The notes: generated by a model from the sequence alone, not told the origin. A stretch of DNA of 38,375 bases from Eubacteriales bacterium (GCA_045653865.1 JAZOMJ010000173.1:1-38375), one strand, 5' to 3'; shown: positions 7,904 to 17,538, numbered from the stretch's first letter. Made by a program: numbers and translations.

Positions 7904-9112
7904 TTAAGCTTCTATGTTTCCAACCTTGTAATAGATCTTTTCAAGATCCTCTACATCCCACAAAACGGGAACGGGATAGAGTGGATTGCCCTCTTTTTCG
8001 GCAAGCTTTGCCATCTTTGGGATATCTTCCTTTTGGATGCAATCAAACTCTGTGGGGATTTCCATATGCGCGTTCATTTCTTCAATACGGGCAATCAGAG
8101 CTTCAGCCGCGAGTTCGGTAGCAGTATTCTCCTCTACGAGTCCCACTGCTTTTGCAAGGCTTGCAAGCGATGCGCTTGCGTGCTCGCCATAGGCGCGCAG
8201 AACCTGCGGCAAGAGAATGGCATTTGCCAAGCCGTGCGGAACATCATATTTGCCGCCCAAGGTGTGCGCAATGGCGTGTATGTAGCCTACGTAGCTTCTT
8301 GTAAAGGCGATGCCTGCAAGATAGGATGCTTGCAACATATTTTTGCGCGCTTCAAGATTGTTTCCATCATTGTAAGCTATCTCAAGATTTTCCAAAATCA
8401 GTTTAACCGACTTCTCTGCCGCGCCCTTTGTCAGTTTGGTTTTGGATCTGCCAATGTAGGCTTCTACTGCGTGCGTCAAGGCATCCATACCCGTGGTAGC
8501 GGTTAAGGATTTGGGCATATCCTTTGTGAGCGCGGGATCCAAAACGGCATATCTCGGAATCAAACAAAAATCGTTGATAACATACTTGTGATGCGTTTCG
8601 GAGTCAACAATGACCGAAGCAACCGTAGTTTCGCTTCCCGTACCCGAGGTAGTTGGAACGGCAATGAGGAGCGGAATTCTCTTGCAAATCTTAAGGAGTC
8701 CGTGCATTTTGCGCAAAGGCTTGTTGGGGCAAACAACGCGTGCGCCAACAACCTTGGCACAGTCCATTGGAGAACCACCGCCAACAGCAATAATGGCTTG
8801 GCAACCCGTGCTATTGTAAAGTTCTACGGCTTCCTCAACATTATCGGATGTAGGATTTGGTACGGTTCTATCGTAATTGTAAAAGGCAATGCCGTTTTGC
8901 TGCATCCCCTCCTCAAGCGGTGCCGTCAGCCCCAATCCGCGCACTCTTTTTCCTGCAATGAGCAACACTTTTTGAATGTTGTTCTCCTTGAGCACGGGAA
9001 TAATATCGACTATATTGCCAAGAATTTTCGGTTCGCGGTAAGGCAGGAGCGGAATTGCCGCGTGCATTACTCCCTGAAAAACTCTACAGAATGATTTTTT
9101 TATCAGTTTCAT
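7904..9112 (-). CDS. Iron-containing (group III) alcohol dehydrogenase
   Basis: Motifs GGGSPMDCAKVV and HAIAHTLGGKYDVPHGLANAILLPQVL. I moved the start from the track GTG (9124) to ATG at 9112 (MKLIKK...), which lies 6 nt downstream of GAGG. Confidence 0.85.
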   Translation of the reverse strand: MKLIKKSFCRVFQGVMHAAIPLLPYREPKILGNIVDIIPVLKENNIQKVLLIAGKRVRGLGLTAPLEEGMQQNGIAFYNYDRTVPNPTSDNVEEAVELYNSTGCQAIIAVGGGSPMDCAKVVGARVVCPNKPLRKMHGLLKICKRIPLLIAVPTTSGTGSETTVASVIVDSETHHKYVINDFCLIPRYAVLDPALTKDMPKSLTATTGMDALTHAVEAYIGRSKTKLTKGAAEKSVKLILENLEIAYNDGNNLEARKNMLQASYLAGIAFTRSYVGYIHAIAHTLGGKYDVPHGLANAILLPQVLRAYGEHASASLASLAKAVGLVEENTATELAAEALIARIEEMNAHMEIPTEFDCIQKEDIPKMAKLAEKEGNPLYPVPVLWDVEDLEKIYYKVGNIEA

Positions 9113-9142
9113 AACAAACCTCACGTCTTTATCGATAACATT

Positions 9143-10171
9143 TTAATGGAGCGCTTTTTCAAAGAAAGCATTGATATCTGCAAGCATTTTATCATTGGAA
9201 AGATTGTAAAGATCAAGATCGGCATCCTTAAGAACGCGTTGACGTTCTGCATCGGGAATTTTCTCGCCATATTGCTCTTTGAGTGCAAGCAGTTGCGCAT
9301 TGATGTGTGCGATTTCCTCCACACTTTGTGCATTGTGGAAGATGCTTGTATGCCCGTCCTGCCCTTTATCGCTCATAGGATAAATGACAACATTGGGATT
9401 GGTAATTTCATCTTTGTGAGCAACAATGCCCGTACTATCATATTTTACAAGCGCATCTCCGGTGCCGTGCAAAAGCATAACGGGAATATTTGCGCGGTTG
9501 ATGCCTTGGGTGGCACTTAGAGTTGCATATTTGCCAAAGAGGAATAAGTGTTCGATATACGCAAACGGACGCAACAAAGCCGTTGCCTTGCCCATGGTCT
9601 CTTCTGCAAAGCTCATCATCATTTGGATAGCATCGGAATATCCCGCAACGCTTGCAGAAGCCTTGACGTTGTGCTCAAAATACAGTCCTGCGGCAACGGC
9701 ATAACCGCCCCAGCTATGCCCCATCAAGCATATGGGCAGTTGGTTAAGGGTCTCATCACTTTCGACATAAGAAAGAGCGGCGTGTAAATCGAGGGCGGAT
9801 TGAATGAGGCCTGTAGTTCCCCATCCCTCACTTGTGCAAGAACCGGTAGCATCATAGGCAAACACGCGCCAGCCGGCATCAAGCATCCAAACAATCTCTT
9901 GCATATAGCTTTCGTGACCCGAGTTGATGCCGTGTGCAAACACCAACAAGCCTTTGGTGTTGTTCTCACCGTAAATATAGCCTTGCAAACGATTTTTGCC
10001 CGAATAAAAGGCAACATTGCGACGCGGATACACATCTTTGTAGTGGTCATAAAAATAGTCGGCTACGGGATAGGTGGGATATTCCCCTCTGCCAAAATTG
10101 GTGCGCATAATCAAATGCGTAATAATCAAAGCGATTATAAATAACAGAATTAGAATACCTGCAACAATCAT
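9143..10171 (-). CDS. Membrane-anchored alpha/beta-fold serine hydrolase
   Basis: N-terminal TM helix MIVAGILILLFIIALIITHLI. Nucleophile elbow GHSWGG. Also HGINSGHESY and LLHGTGDALV. Start set at ATG 10171, preceded by AAGGAG; the track start 10231 has no RBS. Confidence 0.7.
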   Translation of the reverse strand: MIVAGILILLFIIALIITHLIMRTNFGRGEYPTYPVADYFYDHYKDVYPRRNVAFYSGKNRLQGYIYGENNTKGLLVFAHGINSGHESYMQEIVWMLDAGWRVFAYDATGSCTSEGWGTTGLIQSALDLHAALSYVESDETLNQLPICLMGHSWGGYAVAAGLYFEHNVKASASVAGYSDAIQMMMSFAEETMGKATALLRPFAYIEHLFLFGKYATLSATQGINRANIPVMLLHGTGDALVKYDSTGIVAHKDEITNPNVVIYPMSDKGQDGHTSIFHNAQSVEEIAHINAQLLALKEQYGEKIPDAERQRVLKDADLDLYNLSNDKMLADINAFFEKALH

Positions 10172-10234
10172 TTTGTTTCTCCTTGTGTTTTCTACTATAT
10201 TTATTATAACATTTTCAAATAGAAAATACAAGGC

Positions 10235-10831
10235 TCATTTCTCTTTTTTGTTACTTCTTCCATCAAAAAATCGCGCAAGAAGGGTGATTGTAAAGAAAAA
10301 AAGCGAAATTCCGTCGGCTATTTTGATGATCAGGTAAGCCGAGAAAGCCCACAAGAGCCACAAAAACAAAAACGTACAACCGTGCAAAATGCTCCCTGCC
10401 TTTTGTGGTGTGGTAAAGGATAGAAGTGCGCATTCGAGCATTCTGCCACCGTCAAATGTTTGAATAGGCAATAAGTTGAGAAGCCCCAACAAAAGAGATG
10501 CGCAGGAAAAGATTATGGCAAGCTTTCCGTGCGACCAAAAAAGTGCCCCCACAAGCGAGAAAACAAGGCTTGCAAGAGGGCCCGACATGCAAAGAAGCCA
10601 TTCTTCCCCATAAGAAAGGATGCGCCCTTTGACATCGATGCGTGCGCCAAGTAAGTCAAAGCGCATTGCACGAATGGGGATATGCATCCATTTTGCCGCC
10701 AAAAGGTGCCCAAGCTCATGCAAAGCCGCCGCCAAAATACTCATTGCGGCAATGCCGCTTTTATCACAAAAGAGTAACCAAACAAGATAAGTCACAGCAA
10801 GCGGTTGAATCAAAAAGCGTTTTCTTTTCAA
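10235..10831 (-). CDS. Small M50-family site-2 metalloprotease (SpoIVFB-like)
   Basis: HELGH zinc motif and NLLPIQTFDGGR (the NxxPxxxxDG motif) in a polytopic membrane protein. TTG start with GAGAGG RBS. Confidence 0.7.
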   Translation of the reverse strand: MKRKRFLIQPLAVTYLVWLLFCDKSGIAAMSILAAALHELGHLLAAKWMHIPIRAMRFDLLGARIDVKGRILSYGEEWLLCMSGPLASLVFSLVGALFWSHGKLAIIFSCASLLLGLLNLLPIQTFDGGRMLECALLSFTTPQKAGSILHGCTFLFLWLLWAFSAYLIIKIADGISLFFFTITLLARFFDGRSNKKEK

Positions 10832-10884
10832 TTTAAATACCTCTCTTTTTTATACAACCTATGTTGAGCGAAAAAAAGATATGC

Positions 10885-10914
10885 AAAAAGCACAACACCC
10901 ATCGATGTCGTGCT
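10885..10914 (-). terminator. Terminator after dpaB
   Basis: On the minus-strand RNA, AGCACGAC-N10-GTTGTGCT (one G-U pair) is followed by TTTTT. The pairing is better on the minus strand than on the plus strand. Confidence 0.5.
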
Positions 10915-10924
10915 TCATTCTTTA

Positions 10925-11485
10925 TTATAAAAAGAGTTTGCGGCATTGCTTGCCCGTAAATGCCGCCTCAAGCGTTGGCATCAAGAGCGAAAAATCTGCT
11001 ACCAGTGAGTGCGGCTTTTTTTCGGGGTCATCTTGATGCATCGGCACAAAATACACGCATTTGCGTGATAGCATTGTTGCAATGTTTTTGAGATTTGCAG
11101 AAAGTGCATCGTTGGAAGCAAGCGCCAAAATCATGGGGCGGTCGCAACGCAGGTGTGCTTTTGCCGCCATGCAAACCGCTGTATCGGTAATGCCGTTTGC
11201 CATTTTGGCAAGTGTATTGCCCGTGCAGGGCGCTACAATGAGGGCATCCAACGAGATTTTTGGGCCAAGCGGCTCCGCTTCGGGAATGGTGTGTATGAGG
11301 GGGCGCGAACAAATGCACTCAAGCTCCCTTTGCAAATTTTGTGCCGTACCAAAGCGTGTATCGGTAACATAAACGGTTTCGCTGACGATGGGTTGCACCT
11401 CGTAGCCTGCCGCAATGAGTTTTTTGAGTTCTCCAATTGATTGCGCGTGCGTGCAAAAGGAGCCGCACAAGGCATATCCAAGCAT
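10925..11485 (-). CDS. dpaB: Dipicolinate synthase subunit B (flavoprotein-like)
   Basis: MLGYALCGSFCT...LIVAPCTGNTLAKMANGITDT...ASNDALS matches SpoVFB/DpaB. It lies immediately downstream of dpaA. Confidence 0.85.
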   Translation of the reverse strand: MLGYALCGSFCTHAQSIGELKKLIAAGYEVQPIVSETVYVTDTRFGTAQNLQRELECICSRPLIHTIPEAEPLGPKISLDALIVAPCTGNTLAKMANGITDTAVCMAAKAHLRCDRPMILALASNDALSANLKNIATMLSRKCVYFVPMHQDDPEKKPHSLVADFSLLMPTLEAAFTGKQCRKLFL

Positions 11486-11504
11486 ATATTTTTACCTCTA
11501 TCTC

Positions 11505-12404
11505 TCAAAAGTCAGAACGCGCACTCGCGTTCGATAAAATAGAATGTACCGTTTGCCCAAGTATCACCCCTGCGCTTTCGGGTGCACATTTGCCGGGAAG
11601 TGCCGTTGCCCAAATGGAAGGAATACCAAATTCCTTTGCCGCTTCCCTATCCACTCCACCGGGAGCAGATGCGAGGTCAATGACGAGGCAATCGTTCTCA
11701 AGTGTTTCTAAAACATTGCGCGTCAAAAGACGGCTTGGAACGGTATTGAAAATAACGCGCGTATCTCCATCGAAAGCGATATTGCTTTCATTTTGGGTAT
11801 TCATAATAATCTGTTTTGCAGAGTGCCCCATCATCTCGGCACGAACGCAAACCTCCTCGCGACGGGCCCATACGGTAACTTTTGCACCAAGCGCTTTGAG
11901 TTTGCTTGCAAGTACCTCTCCTATGCGACCGTAACCAATTACGGAAACTCTTGTTCCTTCCAACACAACTGGGAGCTCGCGCATTGCAATTTCGATGGCA
12001 CCCTCGACAGTGGGAATGGCATTTTTGAGTTGTAGAATTTCGTTATCAAAATAATCAATGAAGCGAATATTCGCTTGTTCAGCTCGTTTTCGCAAGGTTT
12101 CACTACAACGACCTACAAGCCAAATCTTATCGGATGCTGCCTCAATGAGTGTATCTATGCGCAAGTCATTTTCAAAGGAAAGCATAGGAGTTGAGAGATG
12201 AACGCCGTCAAGAGATGTCGGCAAAGGAAGCATCAAAGCATCCACTTGGGCGAACCACTGACGTGCTATCTTTGAGAAAGCCGTAGCATCATCATCTTGA
12301 TTCCTTCCCCATTCTCGCACATCATAGCCCGCTCGCACAAGTTCACGAGCGGCAAAATCCATTCGTTTATCTCCACCCAAAACGGCAATGACACATTTTT
12401 TCAT
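11505..12404 (-). CDS. dpaA: Dipicolinate synthase subunit A
   Basis: MKKCVIAVLGGDKRMDFAARELVRAGYDV... plus an NAD-binding GYGRIG motif, as in SpoVFA/DpaA. Start set at ATG 12404; the track start 12596 would overlap comEC and its terminator. Confidence 0.8.
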   Translation of the reverse strand: MKKCVIAVLGGDKRMDFAARELVRAGYDVREWGRNQDDDATAFSKIARQWFAQVDALMLPLPTSLDGVHLSTPMLSFENDLRIDTLIEAASDKIWLVGRCSETLRKRAEQANIRFIDYFDNEILQLKNAIPTVEGAIEIAMRELPVVLEGTRVSVIGYGRIGEVLASKLKALGAKVTVWARREEVCVRAEMMGHSAKQIIMNTQNESNIAFDGDTRVIFNTVPSRLLTRNVLETLENDCLVIDLASAPGGVDREAAKEFGIPSIWATALPGKCAPESAGVILGQTVHSILSNASARSDF

Positions 12405-12443
12405 AGGCACCCCCGACAACTTTCGATACATTGTTAGTATATG

Positions 12444-12475
12444 AAAAAAGCCCCGTTTCGACACAGAAACAAGGC
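12444..12475 (-). terminator. Terminator after comEC
   Basis: On the minus-strand RNA, GCCTTGTTTC-N6-GAAACGGGGC (two G-U pairs) is followed by TTTTTT. On the plus strand the same positions are C-A mismatches. Confidence 0.6.
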
Positions 12476-14734
12476 TTATTTCACAAAAAATGTAATGGAT
12501 TTGGATACGTGAACAAGATTTGAAAACTTCTCCGCGTTTTTGATAAAGCGAAGTAGTTTTTTCTCTGTTATATAAACCGCTTTGTGGGTACCCCACAAAT
12601 GGGAAATAGTGGTGCTTTCGGAATTGGAAAAGCCCTTATCGCCTATAATAACATAATTTGCCGCATTTAGCATTTTGTGCATCTCATTTGCCAATAATGA
12701 CTCCGGAAGCGAACCGTTGATGTAGGTGATTACTTCCCCACCCACCGAAACCGAAAACAGAAGCGCATCGTGGCGTTCGTTCGGCATTGTTTGATGATCA
12801 AACGCAAGAATTTGCAAATCATCGATTGCAAGGTCATCGACACCAAATATAACATCAATGCCATAACGTTCTGCCGCTGCTTTGAGTTGCATGGCAATGG
12901 CACGTTCCTCATCACCCTTGGGATGTGGCAAATGTAAGGTTTTGACACGTATGCGCTTTGCCATAGAGGCAATAAAATAAGTATCGCGGTTGTGATAGTG
13001 CGAAAGAACAAGGTCATCCAATTCGGTACAACGCAACTCTTCGGCAATGCTGATCAACTCAATGCCACCCGTTGCAGTACCGTCAGAAAAATCCACCACC
13101 ACGCTTTTTGCTTTGTCGGTAAACAATAATAGATCTCCGCCACTTGCATGGACAAGCGAAAAAGAGGTTCCTCGGTTAGGTAAATAAGTGACACAAAGTG
13201 AGGTTAGGATTGTAATGACCGAAAGCGCAAGCGGCAAAAGAAGCCACTTTTTGATGTGTTTGAGTTTTGCAACTGCCACAAGCACAACCGAAAGTAAAAC
13301 GGCAAGTGCGCAAATTTGCGAAAAAATATCATGCAACGGTATTAGAATACCCTCAATATCTGAGAACCATTCTGCAATGGCAAGCATCGCGTTCCCCACA
13401 AAAGCAGTTACAATTCCAAAAGGTGGAATGATTAGTGTAATAATTGAGAAAACAAGCAAAAGCGTGGTGGGAATAGAAAGTGCTAAGGTTGCAGGAATTG
13501 ACGCAAGAGAGACTTCACCAAAAAATCTTGCTTGTAAATATAGTAGTGCAACGTTTGCGGAAAGACCGACAATGATGGCGCTAATGATCCCCGAGATCGC
13601 ATTGATCAACTTTGAGGAAATGGTAAGTTTTTCATAGAGGTATTCCCTCACGCTTTCAAACGCGGGTAAAATGACAATAATGGACGTGGCGGCAACAAAA
13701 GAGAGCCAAAGTCCTATATCAACGACCGCGTTGGGAGATATCAGTAACATCAAAGCCAACACAAAGCTAACCGATGTAAAAGCATCGTAGTCGGTGTTCC
13801 AATAGTATCCAAGCGTTAAAACACCAAGCATCACCACCGCACGCGTTGTGGAAGGAGATGCGCCCGTAAAAAGCAAATATGCAACGGCAACTGTCAAAAC
13901 GGTGATTGCACGAAGCTTTTTGGGGCAAGAAATGGCACGTAAAAGCAATTCGAGTGCGGCTATCAAAATGGAAATGTGCAAACCGCTGAGTGCCAACAGG
14001 TGTGAAACGCCTGCTCGTCCAAAATGCAGAGTGGTATCTCCCGAAAGATGGTCGCGCGTTCCCAACAGCAGTGCCGATGCAAGCTTACCGGCTTCTCCAT
14101 CAATGCTTTGCTCCAAATAATAGGAAGCCGCAAAATTCCAACGCGAAAGTGTAGCACGTAAAGAGAAAGATTTTTCTTCCAACAACTCACAATTGTGCAT
14201 GTCTTCGCTTGTGATGCAAAGAAGAATACCATTTTTGATAGCGTTTGTTTCTTCGTTTTCCATATACTTGGTTTCAAAAGCCGTTCCGACTCCCACAAGT
14301 CGAAAAGAATCGCCCACTTGCAGGGTGGAAGCATACGGAAAGAGCAATCGAACATCTGCAAAACAAGATTTTCCATTGATTGTGTGAATTTCGGCAATGA
14401 GCGAACTTTGATAGGGCTTTCCTACCTCGCGTTCGAGAATAACGCCCTCTACAACACATTCTTCACCAATCCGATTTTGCCAATTTTGGTAACGAACGTG
14501 AAAGAACAAATAGGAAGAAACCAGGGAAAGCACAACTGACACAGCCACCAAGAGTGCGAGAAAAATAGCACGCTTTTTGGTTTTGTAAAATAGAAAAATG
14601 AGGACGAGAAGTGCTAAAAGAGAGGCGATTATGCATATAAATTGAACAAATGACGACATTGAAAATGCCAAAACTGCCGCAGCGGCAAAGCAAACGGCAG
14701 AGAGCGCCAACGGTCTTTGATGGAAAATATGCAA
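12476..14734 (-). CDS. comEC: DNA internalization-related competence protein ComEC/Rec2
   Basis: N-terminal OB/DUF4131-like region, then the polytopic competence domain (GTRDHLSGDTTLHFGRAGVSHLLALSGLHISIL), then a C-terminal metallo-beta-lactamase-like domain. Start set at TTG 14734, 7 nt downstream of AAGGAGG. The exact start is uncertain. Confidence 0.8.
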   Translation of the reverse strand: MHIFHQRPLALSAVCFAAAAVLAFSMSSFVQFICIIASLLALLVLIFLFYKTKKRAIFLALLVAVSVVLSLVSSYLFFHVRYQNWQNRIGEECVVEGVILEREVGKPYQSSLIAEIHTINGKSCFADVRLLFPYASTLQVGDSFRLVGVGTAFETKYMENEETNAIKNGILLCITSEDMHNCELLEEKSFSLRATLSRWNFAASYYLEQSIDGEAGKLASALLLGTRDHLSGDTTLHFGRAGVSHLLALSGLHISILIAALELLLRAISCPKKLRAITVLTVAVAYLLFTGASPSTTRAVVMLGVLTLGYYWNTDYDAFTSVSFVLALMLLISPNAVVDIGLWLSFVAATSIIVILPAFESVREYLYEKLTISSKLINAISGIISAIIVGLSANVALLYLQARFFGEVSLASIPATLALSIPTTLLLVFSIITLIIPPFGIVTAFVGNAMLAIAEWFSDIEGILIPLHDIFSQICALAVLLSVVLVAVAKLKHIKKWLLLPLALSVITILTSLCVTYLPNRGTSFSLVHASGGDLLLFTDKAKSVVVDFSDGTATGGIELISIAEELRCTELDDLVLSHYHNRDTYFIASMAKRIRVKTLHLPHPKGDEERAIAMQLKAAAERYGIDVIFGVDDLAIDDLQILAFDHQTMPNERHDALLFSVSVGGEVITYINGSLPESLLANEMHKMLNAANYVIIGDKGFSNSESTTISHLWGTHKAVYITEKKLLRFIKNAEKFSNLVHVSKSITFFVK

Positions 14735-14814
14735 AAAAAACACCTCCTTTTGGATAAAATTTGAAAAAAAATGGGCGAAAATGCAATTCTTTTGCCGAAT
14801 AACGAAAAAAATTC

Positions 14815-14843
14815 TTGACAAAATGCACTTTATACTGTATAAT
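14815..14843 (+). promoter_or_regulatory. SigmaA consensus promoter of the ACP gene
   Basis: -35 TTGACA (14815-14820), 17-nt spacer, -10 TATAAT (14838-14843). Confidence 0.6.
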
Positions 14844-14907
14844 ATACGAGGTGGGCAAATCTGCCCAATTTGAACAAGAAAGAAAATTTGTTGGAGGACA
14901 TAAAATT

Positions 14908-15141
14908 ATGTTTGAAACTCTGAAGAACCTGCTCGTAGAAGAGCTGCAACTCAACCCTGATGAAATCACTCTTGAGTCCGATCTTGCAAACGACCTTGGC
15001 GTCAACTCTATCGAGCTTGCTGATATGATTATGATTTGCGAAGATAAGTTCGGTGTTGAAATCAAGGACGAAGACATCTTCAAATTCGTAAACGTTGGCG
15101 ACGTTGTTAAGTTCTTGGAAGAAAACGCAACCAATCAATAA
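14908..15141 (+). CDS. acpP: Acyl carrier protein (stand-alone)
   Basis: The 77-aa acidic protein MFETLKNLLVEELQLNPDEITLESDLANDLGVNSIELADMIMICEDKFGVEI... aligns with AcpP. The phosphopantetheine site reads LGVNSIE instead of LGADSLD. RBS GGAGGA. The track ORF 14815 start is an upstream over-extension. Confidence 0.8.
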   Translation: MFETLKNLLVEELQLNPDEITLESDLANDLGVNSIELADMIMICEDKFGVEIKDEDIFKFVNVGDVVKFLEENATNQ

Positions 15142-15161
15142 TTTGAACCTTGCATATAATT

Positions 15162-15190
15162 GCGACCTTGGTATACGAGGTCGCTTTTAT
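15162..15190 (+). terminator. Rho-independent terminator
   Basis: Stem GCGACCT (15162-15168) / AGGTCGC (15178-15184), followed by TTTTATATTTTT. Confidence 0.6.
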
Positions 15191-15276
15191 ATTTTTGTAA
15201 CCTCTTCTTCATTATACACAAAACACGAAAAATGTCAATATATCAAAGAAAATCTGCTAAAAAATTTGGTTTTCGG

Positions 15277-15305
15277 TTGCAATTTTTCTTTTTATTTGGT
15301 ATAAT
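15277..15305 (+). promoter_or_regulatory. SigmaA promoter with extended -10 for trmB operon
   Basis: -35 TTGCAA (15277-15282), 17-nt spacer, TGgTATAAT (15297-15305). Confidence 0.55.
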
Positions 15306-15337
15306 ATAGATAACTTTAAACAAAGGAAATAACTGCT

Positions 15338-15985
15338 ATGAGAATGAGAAGAAAAAAGCACGGTGCCGAAAGAATTGCTGCGTGCTCCCAAATTTTAATC
15401 CCTGCTCCCATATCCCCTGCCGCTCATCCGCAATCCTTCTTTTCGGATGATCACCCCGTATGCCTTGAAATTGGCTGTGGTAAGGGCGATTTTGCCGTTG
15501 GTATGTCGGCAAAGCATCAAGATCTCAACTTTATCGCTATGGAGCGTGTTCCCGACGTGGCTTGCTTGGCGCTTGAAAAAGCCATGGCAGCCAGCGACAC
15601 ACGTGCCGACAATTTGCGCTTCCTCATTGGGGATGCACGAAACCTCACCGAGTTTTTCGTTCCCCATTCGTTTGATAGAATTTATCTCAACTTCAGCGAT
15701 CCATGGCCCAAAAAAGGATACGCAAAACGCCGTTTGACACATCGCGGCTTTCTTGAGCTTTACCGCTCGTTGCTTGTTGAAGGTGGATTGTTGATTCTCA
15801 AAACCGACAACGAAGGACTGTTTGATTTTAGTCTTGAAGAATTTGAGGCTATGGGACTGACCATCGAGTGGCAAACACGTGATTTGCACAACTCTGAGGC
15901 GGCAGCTGAAAATGTGATGACCGAATACGAGCGTCACTTCTCGGAATTGGGTCAGGTCATCTATTCCGCCCGCGTTCGTTTTTGA
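15338..15985 (+). CDS. trmB: tRNA (guanine46-N7)-methyltransferase
   Basis: MRMRRKKHGAERI..., SAM motif LEIGCGKGDF, and FSDPWPKKGYAKRRL, which is typical of TrmB. Confidence 0.9.
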   Translation: MRMRRKKHGAERIAACSQILIPAPISPAAHPQSFFSDDHPVCLEIGCGKGDFAVGMSAKHQDLNFIAMERVPDVACLALEKAMAASDTRADNLRFLIGDARNLTEFFVPHSFDRIYLNFSDPWPKKGYAKRRLTHRGFLELYRSLLVEGGLLILKTDNEGLFDFSLEEFEAMGLTIEWQTRDLHNSEAAAENVMTEYERHFSELGQVIYSARVRF

Positions 15986-15986
15986 T

Positions 15987-16571
15987 ATGGCTATGCTGAA
16001 GGATTTGCTTCTTGCTTCACGCAGTTATCGCAGTTTTGACGAGAGCGTGAAAATCACCAACGAAATGCTTGCCGATTGGGTGGATCACGTGCGTTATGCG
16101 CCCTCCTCCATCAATTTGCAAATGCTCAAATTTGTTGCCACAACAAATGAGGTGCTTTGTGAAAAACTCCTTGCCAACACACGTTGGGCAGGCAAACTCA
16201 AGGATGTAAAACTTCCTCCCGAGGGTCACGCTCCCGTGGCTTACGTTGTGATTTGCGCTGATAACGATGTCATTCCAACCGCTCAAACCTTTGATAAGGA
16301 CGTTGGGATTTGTGCCCAGACCATTATGCTTGCCGCCGCCGAGAGCGGTTTTGGCGGATGTATGATTGGCTCTTTTGCGCCCGATGCCGTGGCAGAAATC
16401 TTAAACTTGGACACAAACCTTATTCCAAAGCTTGTTTTGGCACTCGGAAAGCCCGATGAACGCGTTAAATTGGTTGATGAAGCCCACGACGGCAGTGTCA
16501 CCTACTATCGCGAGGGTGGCATTCACTACGTGCAAAAGCGAAAACTGGAAACCATTTTGATTCAAAAGTAA
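15987..16571 (+). CDS. Nitroreductase family protein
   Basis: LLASRSYRSFDES...PSSINLQ...GICAQTIMLAAAESGFGGCMIG is the nitroreductase fold signature. Confidence 0.75.
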   Translation: MAMLKDLLLASRSYRSFDESVKITNEMLADWVDHVRYAPSSINLQMLKFVATTNEVLCEKLLANTRWAGKLKDVKLPPEGHAPVAYVVICADNDVIPTAQTFDKDVGICAQTIMLAAAESGFGGCMIGSFAPDAVAEILNLDTNLIPKLVLALGKPDERVKLVDEAHDGSVTYYREGGIHYVQKRKLETILIQK

Positions 16572-16587
16572 GAGAAAGGGACTCTTT

Positions 16588-17496
16588 ATGATACAAGAAC
16601 CCAATGGCGTGCTGATTGTTCACAAGCACGCGGGCGTAACCTCACATCACATTGTGGGTGTTGTGCGCCGTCTGTTTGGCACACGCCGTGTGGGCCACGC
16701 AGGAACGCTTGACGCATTGGCAACCGGTGTGCTTGTTGTGCTGATTGGCCGTGCGGCAAAGGCTTCGGAATATCTCTCTCACGATGCCAAACACTACCGC
16801 GCAACGCTTCGCCTTGGAATCACCACCGACACCGAGGATACCACGGGAACCGTTCTGACAACCTCCGAGAAAATCCCCACAAACGAAGAATTGCAGGCAG
16901 TTCTTCCCCGCTTTCGCGGTGAGATTTTGCAAGTTCCCCCTATGTATAGCGCACTCAAGGTGGACGGGCAAAAGCTTGTAGATTTGGCGCGCAAAGGCGA
17001 AGTGATTGAGCGCGAAGCAAGAAAAATTGAGATTTTCTCGCTCGAAGCTACCCCTACCGAGGATAAAAGTGAATATATTCTTGATGTGCATTGCTCTGGT
17101 GGTACTTATATTCGCACGCTTTGCGCTGATATTGGCGCTTCACTTGGTTGTGGCGGTGCTATGGCGGCTTTGGAACGCGGTGAGTCCTGCGGATTTGATC
17201 TTTCCCAAGCGCACACCACCGAGGAGTTGGAAGCGATGTCAATGGAAGAACGCTTGCAGTTGCTCATTCCCACCGAGAGCTTGTTTGCAAACCTGCCGCA
17301 AATAAAGCTTTCTGCCTTTTTTGAAAAACTCTCGCGTAGCGGTTGCGAAATCTATCTCAAAAAAATCGGACTCGATTTCCCTCTTGGTACACGCGTATCT
17401 TTGTGCGATGCGAATGGCGCTTTCTTCGCGCTTGGCGAGGTTGGCGAGTTCCGCGAGGGCGTTGCCGTAAAGGCAATTAAAATGTTTGTTCTGTAA
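16588..17496 (+). CDS. truB: tRNA pseudouridine(55) synthase
   Basis: GVLIVHKHAGVTSHHIVGVVRRLFGTRRVGHAGTLDALATGVLVVLIG contains the catalytic Asp motif GTLD. Also PPMYSALKVDGQKL. Confidence 0.92.
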   Translation: MIQEPNGVLIVHKHAGVTSHHIVGVVRRLFGTRRVGHAGTLDALATGVLVVLIGRAAKASEYLSHDAKHYRATLRLGITTDTEDTTGTVLTTSEKIPTNEELQAVLPRFRGEILQVPPMYSALKVDGQKLVDLARKGEVIEREARKIEIFSLEATPTEDKSEYILDVHCSGGTYIRTLCADIGASLGCGGAMAALERGESCGFDLSQAHTTEELEAMSMEERLQLLIPTESLFANLPQIKLSAFFEKLSRSGCEIYLKKIGLDFPLGTRVSLCDANGAFFALGEVGEFREGVAVKAIKMFVL

Positions 17497-17503
17497 CGAT
17501 ATA

Positions 17504-17538
17504 AAAAACAGACCTTTCAAGCGAAAGGTCTGTTTTTT
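17504..17538. terminator. Bidirectional terminator between truB and the convergent DUF1836-like gene
   Basis: AAAAAACAGACCTTTC (17504-17518) / GAAAGGTCTGTTTTTT (17523-17538) forms a perfect stem with A-runs and T-runs on both sides. Confidence 0.75.

Noticed and set aside
7871-9094. Plus-strand ORFs 7871..8506 and 8588..9094
   Set aside because: They are antisense to the well-supported Fe-ADH gene and have no RBS or motifs.
14463-15134. Minus-strand ORF of 223 aa spanning the comEC start and the ACP gene
   Set aside because: It is Ser/Phe-rich low-complexity sequence that overlaps two supported genes and their divergent promoter region.
14908-15141. Stand-alone ACP with NSI instead of DSL at the phosphopantetheine site, considered as a specialised carrier protein
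   Set aside because: The rest of the sequence aligns well with housekeeping AcpP, and Asp-to-Asn variation at this position is tolerable. There are no neighbouring biosynthetic genes to suggest a dedicated pathway.
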